A stretch of DNA of 61,660 nt, taken from contig JANOAX010000264.1 of NCBI GenBank assembly GCA_031411335.1, positions 1 to 61,660 of the forward strand, in the 5' to 3' direction. Below are positions 1-8,847 of the stretch, one piece after another; position 1 is the stretch's first letter; the number at the start of each line of letters is the position of its first letter. Below the pieces are notes generated by a model. That model was not told the origin of the DNA and did no database searches. It worked only from the letters and a program-made list of their open reading frames with translations. The position numbers were made by a program, and so were the translations under genes. The stretch comes from Bacteroidota bacterium (GTDB lineage Bacteria; Bacteroidota; Bacteroidia; AKYH767-A; OLB10).

Positions 1-1275
1 TCCCGGATTTTGTGCATCTAACGTTGCCGATGTACCGCATTGTCCCAAATCGGGTCCTAGGTTGACAAGTGGCAATGGGTTAATCACCACATCCACCGTA
101 TCCGTTCCTGAACATCCGTTGACATCGGTTACAATAACATGATAGCTTCCACTCAACGTTGCAGAAATTTGTGCTGTTGTTGCTGATGTATTCCATAAAT
201 ACGTAGCATTCGGAAATTGGGGTGATAATATCGTACTACCACAGGCAGTAACATCACTGCCTAAAGTCACAGGAATAAGTGCAGGACAAACAGAAATGTT
301 TTTACAATGAATATTCGTACCTCCGCAAGTATCCGTAATTGTTAAACATACTTGATAAGTACCAAATGTGGCATAAGTATGCGAAGGGTTAACAGTATTA
401 TCTAACGGTGATCCATCACCGAAATTCCATGAATAGCTCGCTGCATTTTGTGATGCATCGGTAAAATCTACGGTTGGATACGTGGTCACATAACTATAGC
501 TTGCTAAAGCGGGAGCAGGGCAAATAATTAATGTGGTACAAGCAGTATCACTCGAACATGAACCCGTTACATATGTGCAGACAGTGTATGTGCCTGGAGA
601 TGCATACGTATGTGTTGGGTTATAGGCGGTATCTAACGGTGACCCATCTCCGTAATCCCAGATGGATGTTGCCAACGCAGAAAATCCATTAGTAAAAGAA
701 TAGATGGTTCCTCCTTGCCATGTATAAGTCAGGTTGGCAGTTGATGATGTATCATAATACATAAATACACGGCTAATACTTCCGCCTACTTCTGTCCAAA
801 GATCCTGGGGAGCGGTTGATGATAAGTTAAACTGCATTCCTAAACGCTCAATAGTTACCGGGAAACTTCCGATTGACGTAGAAAAAGGAGAGGTCCCATA
901 AGAATTGGCGTCTGCTCTGTTTCCGAGTATGCCAATTACATCGCCTATTTGCACAGGGATGTTTAATGAGATCATTCCGGCGGCGGTATCATTTTGGGTG
1001 AGGTACAAAACAGTAAAATTGTTGGTTACTGTACCGAAAACCGGAGGCGCAGAATCCAATTTAACGATGGCAATGTTTTGAAACCCTGTTGAAGCGTCCG
1101 TTGGCACCTCAATGCCAGAAATAGTAAAGCAGGTTGGGGAGGTAAACCAATAACCACGTACGTTTCCAGAAAAAACAGTGTTCTGAGCAGGCAATTGCAT
1201 TTGAATTAAACTTTGTGCAAAAACGCTTGTAGTTCCTAATAAAATAAATATAAATAACAGTAGATTTTTCTTCAT
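1..1275 (-). CDS. PKD-repeat secreted/cell-surface protein, N-terminal part only (gene runs off the window start)
   Basis: Absent from the ORF track because it is open to nt 1. The reverse-strand ATG at 1275..1273 gives MKKNLLLFIFILLGTTSVFAQ (signal peptide), and the frame stays open for 425 codons to position 1. The translation contains PKD-type motifs (IWDYGDGSPLD, SWNFGDGSPLD, NPTHTY-like) and Cys-rich linkers. Confidence 0.75.
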   Translation of the reverse strand, partial: MKKNLLLFIFILLGTTSVFAQSLIQMQLPAQNTVFSGNVRGYWFTSPTCFTISGIEVPTDASTGFQNIAIVKLDSAPPVFGTVTNNFTVLYLTQNDTAAGMISLNIPVQIGDVIGILGNRADANSYGTSPFSTSIGSFPVTIERLGMQFNLSSTAPQDLWTEVGGSISRVFMYYDTSSTANLTYTWQGGTIYSFTNGFSALATSIWDYGDGSPLDTAYNPTHTYASPGTYTVCTYVTGSCSSDTACTTLIICPAPALASYSYVTTYPTVDFTDASQNAASYSWNFGDGSPLDNTVNPSHTYATFGTYQVCLTITDTCGGTNIHCKNISVCPALIPVTLGSDVTACGSTILSPQFPNATYLWNTSATTAQISATLSGSYHVIVTDVNGCSGTDTVDVVINPLPLVNLGPDLGQCGTSATLDAQNPG

Positions 1276-1579
1276 GATCTGTTTGATTAATGGGTTGAAA
1301 AACAAACTTAATAAAAAAAGGAGAACATCCAAACATCCTTACAAATTTAATTCCTTTTGCCTCTGTTATATAAGAAAACCAGCATTGAGTTTATTCGGTC
1401 TGCTGCTCAATTCTACCAACCTTCATTCTAATTTACGAGACCACTTGGCTTTTTCAACTAAAAGCATGAAAATGCAATTTAAGTACACATACCATTTCCT
1501 ATAAACAATAAATATGCTGCTAATTATTCCCTTTATAGGAGTAGTTTCTGTTCATTAAAAAAATGGCTTTGTGTTCAAC

Positions 1580-2803
1580 TCACAACGAATTTAAAAATGT
1601 AAGTAACGCAGATTTGTCTGATGCCGAAAGATTTTGATACTTCGTTTTGCTGCCCGAAGCTTCTCCTCCATGCATTAAAATTGCTCCTTCTATGCTCGTA
1701 GCCCTACCATCATGCATTAAGAAAAATTGACCTCCCTGTGATTTCGGAGAAAGTCCCAATCCCCATAATGCGGGCGTTTTCCATTCGAATGTTTTTGCCT
1801 TTCCCTCGGTATATCCATCATCCAATCCTGTTCCCATATCATGTAAGAGCAAATCGGTGTACGGATGAATCGTTTTATTGGATAAAGCATCAACAGAAGA
1901 GGAGCCTGTCATCAATGTAGGCGTATGGCATTTATCACAATCCGTATTACTAAAAAGTTGTCGACCTAAATTAACAGTGGCATCATGTTGATTTCTTTGG
2001 ATGGGCGCCTTCAATGTTTGTACATAAAAAACCACATTCAACACTTCTTGAGTGGAAACTTCCGGATCAATTTCTTGGTAAGTATACACATCATGCGGTT
2101 CATATATTGAAGTAATTCCCATATCTTGATTGTAAGCATTCGCGATTTGCTGCAACAAATTAAACACGCCAGCCTTCTTTCCAAATCGGCCAATGTATTT
2201 TCCATTTTGTTGAATCGCATTTGTTGGCGGCTGAACGTAAGCAGGAATATTAATCCAGTTTGGAACTCCAGAAATCCCATCACCATTTGCATCATTTGGA
2301 TCCGACAAAGCCAAAATGTCTGCATCTGAAACGAGTTCAATAAAACCAAGTCCCGTTGTTCCTGGTGGAGTGATTCGAGTAAACGTTGCCCCTGCCGGAA
2401 TTTGTTCTGGTGTATAGCCTGGTAGTGCTCTGTTCTGCAATTGTGGTCCGCCCAAATGCAAAAATTGATTCCCGGAGCTGTCCACTTGACCAAACCGTGT
2501 TAATGTTGTAAACGGGTGCCCTTTTCCATCACCCGCATGGCATGAACCACAACTTGACGCTACAAAAACGGATCCCAAACCTGAGCTAGCGGTAAAGATG
2601 CGAGTATTAAAGGCAATATCTCCTCTTAAAAATTGAGCCGTTTCACTATGAGTTAATCCATCAACAGGGCCATCTAGTATTTCATCGTCGGCAGGGGCTT
2701 CCGGTGACAATTTCTCACAAGAATTCAAGGAAACCATCGATCCTACCAGTAGGATCAAGATGGTTAATTGCTTTTTACTCATTGCGCTTTTCAACTTTCT
2801 CAA
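1580..2803 (-). CDS. Di-haem cytochrome c oxidoreductase/peroxidase-like lipoprotein (DUF1111-type)
   Basis: 407 aa. Has a lipoprotein-type signal (LVGSMVSLNSC) and two CxxCH haem-c motifs (CGSCHAGDG and CDKCHTP). Length and layout are typical of the DUF1111 thiol-oxidoreductase/peroxidase-like family. Confidence 0.8.
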   Translation of the reverse strand: MRKLKSAMSKKQLTILILLVGSMVSLNSCEKLSPEAPADDEILDGPVDGLTHSETAQFLRGDIAFNTRIFTASSGLGSVFVASSCGSCHAGDGKGHPFTTLTRFGQVDSSGNQFLHLGGPQLQNRALPGYTPEQIPAGATFTRITPPGTTGLGFIELVSDADILALSDPNDANGDGISGVPNWINIPAYVQPPTNAIQQNGKYIGRFGKKAGVFNLLQQIANAYNQDMGITSIYEPHDVYTYQEIDPEVSTQEVLNVVFYVQTLKAPIQRNQHDATVNLGRQLFSNTDCDKCHTPTLMTGSSSVDALSNKTIHPYTDLLLHDMGTGLDDGYTEGKAKTFEWKTPALWGLGLSPKSQGGQFFLMHDGRATSIEGAILMHGGEASGSKTKYQNLSASDKSALLTFLNSL

Positions 2804-2838
2804 CCTTATTTAAAATTTGACTCAACAAATATACATAA

Positions 2839-2852
2839 TTAGACTCGTCTAA
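2839..2852. promoter_or_regulatory. 14-bp inverted repeat TTAGAC-TC-GTCTAA in a divergent promoter region; candidate metalloregulator operator
   Basis: A palindrome with perfect 6-bp arms lies between the divergent DUF1111 gene and the DtxR/MntR-family gene. The TTAG...CTAA arms resemble DtxR-family operator half-sites. No binding data. Confidence 0.3.
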
Positions 2853-2902
2853 TAAAATAAGTTTAGTTTTTATTACTTTTGGCATATATTCCACATGAAA
2901 CC

Positions 2903-3556
2903 ATGCGATCTTTAACCGAAGAAAATTACTTAAAAGCCATTTATCGTCTCTCCTTAAACAAGAAACTGAAGATATCTCCAACCGCCATTGCCGATGAAAT
3001 GGGGGTTAGTGCCGCTTCAGTCATAGATATGATTAAGAAGCTCAGTGAAAAAAAGCTGATTTCATATGATAAAGTAAAAGGAGCAAAGCTTTTAGAGCGC
3101 GGACAAAAAGAAGCCGTAGCAATCATTCGTAACCATCGTTTATGGGAAGTATTCTTGCTAGAAAAACTTAATTACTCATGGGATGAAATTCACGACATAG
3201 CTGAACAGCTCGAACACGTGAAACATCCTGAATTAGCCGATCGTTTGGATGTGTTTTTAGGGCATCCCGAATATGACCCTCATGGTGATCCTATTCCCAA
3301 GTCGAACGGAGAGATTCCAACTACCGTGAAAACGCTGCTTTCGGAAATTGAAATTGGAAAAAGTTGTCGGGTGGTTGCTGTAAAAGATACCTCTTCGGTT
3401 TTTTTACAATATCTAGAGCAGCTTTCCGTGAATATAGGAACTAAAATTAAAGTGCTGGATATTGTTCCTTTTGATAATTCGATGTTGCTTCAAATTGGAA
3501 AAGAAATTAAAACTACGGTTAGCAAGAGGTTTGCTGAGAGCTTACTGGTGGATTAA
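2903..3556 (+). CDS. DtxR/MntR-family metal-dependent transcriptional repressor with C-terminal FeoA/SH3-like domain
   Basis: The N-terminus MRSLTEENYLKAIYRL plus the winged-helix segment (ADEMGVSAASVIDMIKKLSEK) and the metal-site region (HRLWEVFL...EQLEHV, HPEYDPHGDPIP) are typical of the family. The ORF-track start at 2879 is a TTG, so the in-frame ATG at 2903 is preferred. Confidence 0.85.
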   Translation: MRSLTEENYLKAIYRLSLNKKLKISPTAIADEMGVSAASVIDMIKKLSEKKLISYDKVKGAKLLERGQKEAVAIIRNHRLWEVFLLEKLNYSWDEIHDIAEQLEHVKHPELADRLDVFLGHPEYDPHGDPIPKSNGEIPTTVKTLLSEIEIGKSCRVVAVKDTSSVFLQYLEQLSVNIGTKIKVLDIVPFDNSMLLQIGKEIKTTVSKRFAESLLVD

Positions 3557-3629
3557 GGAAATTTTGTTTTTATATTTCTACGGCGTGTTCCAAAGAAAGA
3601 AATAGTAGATGCTTAAAAAAATATTGTAG

Positions 3630-3875
3630 TTACGCCTTTTCCTTTACTGTGATGGTACTTACCTGCGGCTCTTTATTTTTCATCAAATTTAAACCATAGG
3701 TATAATTTGTAGAAAGGATAACATCGTTACAATCGAAATGTTTTATAGTGCCATTCTTTACGAGTGCAATCACCCAACAAGTGTTTTGATGCATACCATA
3801 GTCGATGATAAAGAGTGCCTGCCCGCTGCCGAGAGGTGTTTCAACTAAGATGGATGGATTTAATTGATGAATCAT
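3630..3875 (-). CDS. Hypothetical small protein (81 aa)
   Basis: This is the only sizeable ORF in the interval and has a non-repetitive, globular-looking composition. No family recognised. Confidence 0.4.
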   Translation of the reverse strand: MIHQLNPSILVETPLGSGQALFIIDYGMHQNTCWVIALVKNGTIKHFDCNDVILSTNYTYGLNLMKNKEPQVSTITVKEKA

Positions 3876-4342
3876 TTTACGGGAATTTACAAAATTAAGT
3901 GTTGCTCGTTCTGATTCTCTTAATGGAAAAGTTTTTCGTTTTGGTATTTAGAATTTATGCAAGCTCGTTTTAAAAATATTTAATTAGCTTTCAAACTACA
4001 TACATTTTTTTTACACCCTTATTTCCGATTGGTATTTATTTTCTACTTTTTTATGGGAAAGGGGAAGAGTTGAAGCTGTGATCGCTTAAAATAAGTTTTA
4101 CTTGTGTTCCTGCAGAATTGTTGTTTGTTTGTTTAAAATAGGCAAACCCTATCATCAACACGATTCTACGTTACAGCTATACCAGCTTCAACTACTTTTC
4201 CCCTTTTTATCTTCCAAGTATTTTCCTTCTCCTATGCTGGATCTATCTTCGTACATGTTAGTTATTAGCAAACCTATATCATTAGTGCCATAGTCAACAA
4301 GTACTTTCATTTGAAGTGAAATACTTAAAATTGTGATTTCAA

Positions 4343-4804
4343 TTATTCTACTTCTACTAAAGCATCACGCATCGTTTTTACTTTGTCGTGATCAGCTTTA
4401 ATCAGTGCGTGCTGTGCATTCAATAGAGTTTGTTGTGCTGCAGAGATGTCTCCTATATTATTTCTTAGTGCTTTGTTGTACGTGTCAACGGCTACGTCTT
4501 CACCATATTCGCAAGAGTCGAGAATTGCTTTACGGTCTTTACCGGTGAGTGCTGCCTTTACATCCATCCATACACGAAAAAACTTTCCTGATGTCATGGT
4601 TCCTTCAGCTACTTCGCCGCCCAACCTTGTTACTTCACTTACTAATTCTTGTTTGCATTTGCGACTTGTTGAAATAAATTTTCCAAACAATGTCTTTAAT
4701 TCTTGTTCTTCGGTTTCTTTAGATGCTGTTTCGTAACCTTCAATTCTATCGTTATTGATGGTGATCAGTGTATTTAACACTTCAATTGCTTTTTCTTTTT
4801 CCAT
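4343..4804 (-). CDS. PA2169/DUF2383-type four-helix-bundle (ferritin-like) protein
   Basis: 153 aa and all-helical. The pattern VLNTLITINNDRIEGYETA ... DSCEYGEDVAVDTYNKAL resembles the DUF2383 family. Confidence 0.6.
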   Translation of the reverse strand: MEKEKAIEVLNTLITINNDRIEGYETASKETEEQELKTLFGKFISTSRKCKQELVSEVTRLGGEVAEGTMTSGKFFRVWMDVKAALTGKDRKAILDSCEYGEDVAVDTYNKALRNNIGDISAAQQTLLNAQHALIKADHDKVKTMRDALVEVE

Positions 4805-4824
4805 TTTATTTATTTGTTGGTTTT

Positions 4825-5229
4825 TTAATATTTTTTTGGCGTTTCTGGAGCGGTGGGTGATGTAGGTGTTGTGGTATTCATTGAAATCGTATAACCAAAA
4901 ACGTCCATGTGTTGACCTTCTTTCATCATCATTTTTGTGCCCCCTTTTTTCATGTAGTATCCATTAGTCATGATTACTGTTCCATTTGAGAGTGTGACAT
5001 CTTTTTCCATCATGGTTACTTTTCCGTCTTTTACGACCATCATTTTTCCGTTTTGCATGGTGTAGCCATCAGGATGGGTTGTCATTGTGTCGCGAGAAGG
5101 ACTTTGAATAATTCCATCGTTTGGATTGTTGATTTCAGGAGGACTCATCTTGTTCGTTGTTGAGTCGGTCTGCGCATAAGCACCTGAGGTGATTATAAAT
5201 GTTGTAATTACTACGAGAATTGTTTTCAT
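4825..5229 (-). CDS. Secreted Met/Gly/Thr-rich protein of unknown function
   Basis: 134 aa with a signal peptide (MKTILVVITTFIITSGAYAQ). The mature part has repeated GxxMM(x)KDGK / NG(T/Y)xM motifs. Confidence 0.55.
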   Translation of the reverse strand: MKTILVVITTFIITSGAYAQTDSTTNKMSPPEINNPNDGIIQSPSRDTMTTHPDGYTMQNGKMMVVKDGKVTMMEKDVTLSNGTVIMTNGYYMKKGGTKMMMKEGQHMDVFGYTISMNTTTPTSPTAPETPKKY

Positions 5230-5534
5230 TTTTATTTTGTTTGAGATTATTTAATTAAAATATATGTTGATTGTTTCTGCATTTTAAAACGAAGAAAAAC
5301 CTTACTCAAAAGCTTTGTCCTACCTTATTAAAGGGTAGTTAAAAAGCTTGCATTTTATTTCTGTTATCTCCTTTAACCTGCATTCATTAGATTGATTGCG
5401 ATTGTCAAAAGGAAATCAGTCCTATGATATATAGTTATAAGCTTATACGAACTGATGTGGTACAAAGGTGTTGAGGTTGGGCAAAAAAATCATTACACAA
5501 TTATTTAAAAGGTTTGCATGATTCACATATACAC

Positions 5535-5569
5535 AAAAAAGGTTGCCCGGTAAAGAGGCAACCTTTTTT
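5535..5569. terminator. Bidirectional rho-independent terminator closing the R-M/defence operon
   Basis: AAAAAAGGTTGCC-cggtaaaga-GGCAACCTTTTTT forms a 13-bp perfect stem (including the A/T runs) with U-tracts on both strands. It lies about 120 nt downstream of the last minus-strand gene (stop at 5690). Confidence 0.75.
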
Positions 5570-5689
5570 ATTGGTATAATACAAGAAATTAAAGTTAGAA
5601 ACTACTTACCTAATTAGGTCCAGATTGCTTAGACAAAAGATGCTTATTAAGCTTAAATAGTTCCGAAAATTCAATTCCTTAGTAATCTC

Positions 5690-6682
5690 TCAACTTTTAC
5701 TTGAAGTTTTTGGGTTGTGTTTTTCAAAAAGTTCATATCGCTTATTGGCAGTACTTTCATTTAAGTGCTTTGGGAAACCATTAAGTACTTTTTCATACTC
5801 AACTTTGCCAATAACTTTACAAATATATGATTCATGAACAAAATTTAAGTAAGAAACTATATCAGATAAATACTGGTGGAATCTATTGAAGTTAATATCA
5901 GCATTTATAAATGATTCAATATCGTGATAATTGGCTTTGATTCTTAATCTATATAGCATATTTAATATAGTTGTTTCTGGAATTGTTGTGTATATTAAAT
6001 CCCAATGTGATTTATTGAATGTTTTTCTAAATTTTCCAGAATTGTTAAAAAAACGAGGGTCTTTAGCATTTTCTAGTTTTTCTCTCTTTACTTCTGCATT
6101 CTTTTTTCGAGTTGATTTGAGAAATGAAGCAATTTGATTTTGAGCATCCTCTATACAATTAATACTTGATAAACCATTAAAATTATCTGGAATACCATTA
6201 AATTTTATTAATCTCTTATATTCAAATTCCTCATGTAAACCACTGCAAGAAAAACTAATTGGTAACGGATAATGTTTGTCCTTAACTGAATTGCCGAATA
6301 TTTTGATGGATTTTTCATGTTGATCTGAAGCTATATTTTGTGTTTCATGAAAAGCTGTCATACCCAAATAAACTGTATAATATGCTTGTGGGAAATTCCA
6401 GTGTAATGCGAATTTGTAATAGTCGTCATTATCTACCTCGCCAGTCATTTTAAATGCATATTCAGTACTCCACGAATTCCATAATAACTTCTTTACTAAA
6501 TTTAAATCTAAAGTTCGATTTTTCAACTTTAAACGGTTAAAATAATCATTACTTTTTAAATCAAAACGGTTCTTACTTTGATTGATATGCATAGCGATTG
6601 CAGAAAAATGATTGAAAAAGACTTTAGAAGGAATTGCCTTTTTTGCTTGTTCATCAAACGACTTAATAATTCTTGGTTTCAT
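5690..6682 (-). CDS. Uncharacterised all-alpha protein with a HEPN-like Rx5H motif (YaaC/HEPN-like); last gene of the R-M operon
   Basis: 330 aa. The motif LYRLRIKANYHDIESF (R247..H253, nt about 5924-5944) fits the HEPN Rx4-6H signature. An upstream helix (HWNFPQAYYTVYLGMTAF) is reminiscent of YaaC-like proteins. The gene starts 47 nt downstream of hsdM. The family call is tentative. Confidence 0.45.
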   Translation of the reverse strand: MKPRIIKSFDEQAKKAIPSKVFFNHFSAIAMHINQSKNRFDLKSNDYFNRLKLKNRTLDLNLVKKLLWNSWSTEYAFKMTGEVDNDDYYKFALHWNFPQAYYTVYLGMTAFHETQNIASDQHEKSIKIFGNSVKDKHYPLPISFSCSGLHEEFEYKRLIKFNGIPDNFNGLSSINCIEDAQNQIASFLKSTRKKNAEVKREKLENAKDPRFFNNSGKFRKTFNKSHWDLIYTTIPETTILNMLYRLRIKANYHDIESFINADINFNRFHQYLSDIVSYLNFVHESYICKVIGKVEYEKVLNGFPKHLNESTANKRYELFEKHNPKTSSKS

Positions 6683-6729
6683 AGATAATTTTTCAAAATG
6701 TTGGGTGGGTTATTCAGTTTAACACTCCA

Positions 6730-8220
6730 TCACTTTCCATTTATCGTCAACATTATTTCTCTGAAACTTGCTAAACCCGCTTCTAGGTTTTCAATTATTT
6801 CTCCAGCTAAAACCTCTGGGTCGGGTAGATTGTCAAGGTCTGCTAAAGATTTATCTTTTAACCAAGTGATGTCCAAAGAGGTTTTATCACGACTGGTAAT
6901 TTCGTCAATAGAAAATTTTCTCCATCGACCTTCTGGGGAAGTTGAACCTTTCGAAGCTTCACTCCACGTTTCTTTTCGTTTATGTCGGTTTTGGGGATTG
7001 TAGCAAGTGATAAAATCTCGCATATCTTCCAGCGACAACTGATTTCTTTTAAGAGTGTGATGAATATTAGTCCGGTAGTCATACACCCAGACTTCCTTAG
7101 TCCAGAATTCTCTTCCTGCTGGTTTGTTGTCAAAGAAAATCACATTTGCTTTAACTCCTTGAGCATAAAAAATTCCTGTTGGTAATCGAAGTATGGTATG
7201 AAGGTCTGTAACCTCCAACAATTTCTTACGGACAGTTTCGCCTGCTCCGCCTTCAAACAAAACATTATCGGGAACTACAACGGCTGCAATGCCTGTAGTC
7301 TTTAGCATTGTTCGAATATGCTGAACAAAGTTTAATTGCTTGTTACTAGTAGTTGCCCAAAAGTCTTGCCGATTGTAAGTCAAATCTTCTTTCTCTTGTT
7401 CGCCTTCTTCGTTGGTAAAGGTTTGTGAACTCTTTTTACCGAAAGGTGGATTTGCTAAGATGTAATCATAAGTAGTTGGGGCTGCTGAAATCAACGCATC
7501 AGCAGGAGAGATGAAATTTTCTGAATCAATATCACCGATGTTGTGTAAAAACAAATTCATCAATGCCAACCTTCTTGTACCTGCCACGATTTCGTTTCCA
7601 AAAAAAGTATTGTACTTTAAAAATTGCTTTTGAGATTTATCCAAATCATGTTTCTCTACCAAATAATCATAGGCTGCCAAAAAGAAACCACCTGTGCCAC
7701 ATGCAGGGTCGGCAATGGTTTTCTTTGGTTCGGGTTGCACACACTCCACCATTGCACGAATCAAAGCCCGAGGAGTGAAGTATTGACCTGCGCCACTTTT
7801 CGTGTCTTCTGCGTTTTTCTCCAACAGCCCTTCATATATATCTCCTTTGTCTTTCACGCCCATCATTACCCAATTTTCCTTATCAATCAAGTCAATTAGT
7901 TTTGAAAGTTTAGCGGGGTCTTGAATTTTGTTTTGGCTCTTTGTAAATATTTGCCCTAAGATTCCTTTTTCTTTCCCCAACTCACGTAGTAAATTGATAT
8001 AATGCACTTCTAACTCTGCACCTTTCATTGAAGTTAATGTTTCCCAAACAAATTCTTTAGGAATAGGAAGTTTACGGTTGTGAGGCGGCTTGCTATATTC
8101 ATCAGCCATTTTTAAAAACAGCAAATAAGTAAGCTGTTCTAAATAATCTCCGTAACCAACACCATCATCACGAAGGGTGTTGCAGAAAGACCATACTTTT
8201 TGAACTATTGGACTATTCAT
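6730..8220 (-). CDS. hsdM: Type I restriction-modification system, N6-adenine DNA methyltransferase subunit
   Basis: 496 aa with an HsdM N-terminal domain (FCNTLRDDGVGYGDYLEQLTYLLFLKM), SAM motif I (DPACGTGGF) and catalytic motif IV (NPPFG). Confidence 0.95.
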   Translation of the reverse strand: MNSPIVQKVWSFCNTLRDDGVGYGDYLEQLTYLLFLKMADEYSKPPHNRKLPIPKEFVWETLTSMKGAELEVHYINLLRELGKEKGILGQIFTKSQNKIQDPAKLSKLIDLIDKENWVMMGVKDKGDIYEGLLEKNAEDTKSGAGQYFTPRALIRAMVECVQPEPKKTIADPACGTGGFFLAAYDYLVEKHDLDKSQKQFLKYNTFFGNEIVAGTRRLALMNLFLHNIGDIDSENFISPADALISAAPTTYDYILANPPFGKKSSQTFTNEEGEQEKEDLTYNRQDFWATTSNKQLNFVQHIRTMLKTTGIAAVVVPDNVLFEGGAGETVRKKLLEVTDLHTILRLPTGIFYAQGVKANVIFFDNKPAGREFWTKEVWVYDYRTNIHHTLKRNQLSLEDMRDFITCYNPQNRHKRKETWSEASKGSTSPEGRWRKFSIDEITSRDKTSLDITWLKDKSLADLDNLPDPEVLAGEIIENLEAGLASFREIMLTINGK

Positions 8221-8238
8221 TTTGTGTTTTTTATATTA

Positions 8239-8847
8239 TTACCTGTGTGCCAATGCTGCTTTTAAGTGCTGTTCTGTTTGTTGATCTAAAACCAAATCGT
8301 TTTCTGTTACATATGCGTTTAATTCTATTGCTCTGAACCTTGCCATTTTTGGAGAGTCTAAACCGAACATCTTAATTGATGCAGTTGCTTCTGCGCTGTT
8401 AGATTGAATTACAATTCTCTTTGCATTGTCAACCCATGTGTAGTGTATATCAGGATTATGAAAATACGGATGCACAATTAGGAAATCACAATTACCATAA
8501 ACTACATTTTTTGTTCTGATAGTTTCTTGCTGAAATTTTTTCTTTGGCCCGTTACAAAAATTGCAAGCTAAAACTAAGTTCTGTTCTGTGTATGTAAATT
8601 CAGGATACCTTGCTTGTCCCTTTGCTGCAATGTGTTCAATTTCTCCCGCACTTGTTCCACCTAATTCTAATCCACAATAAGCACAACTTGTTTGAGTAGC
8701 ATCTAACTGTCCTCTTATTTTAATTTTCAAAACTTTTGTTCTTGCAACTGGTTTATCCCATGTTTGTCCCATTGGCGGATTCAAACCCGCAATGTGGTTT
8801 GTATCGGATTGGTCGAAAATAATAGGACAAATTAATTGAACAATCAT
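8239..8847 (-). CDS. ptuB: HNH endonuclease, Septu PtuB-like (TIGR02646-type)
   Basis: 202 aa. The HNH core is CAYCG...EIEHIAAKG...NLVLACNFCNGPKK. Its start overlaps the stop of the upstream AAA ATPase by 4 nt (8844-8847). Confidence 0.75.
   Translation of the reverse strand: MIVQLICPIIFDQSDTNHIAGLNPPMGQTWDKPVARTKVLKIKIRGQLDATQTSCAYCGLELGGTSAGEIEHIAAKGQARYPEFTYTEQNLVLACNFCNGPKKKFQQETIRTKNVVYGNCDFLIVHPYFHNPDIHYTWVDNAKRIVIQSNSAEATASIKMFGLDSPKMARFRAIELNAYVTENDLVLDQQTEQHLKAALAHR

Noticed and set aside
4102-4293. 63-aa plus-strand ORF in the 3876-4342 spacer
   Set aside because: The translation is hydrophobic and low-complexity. It overlaps the right arm of the long inverted repeat and has no start context or family signal.
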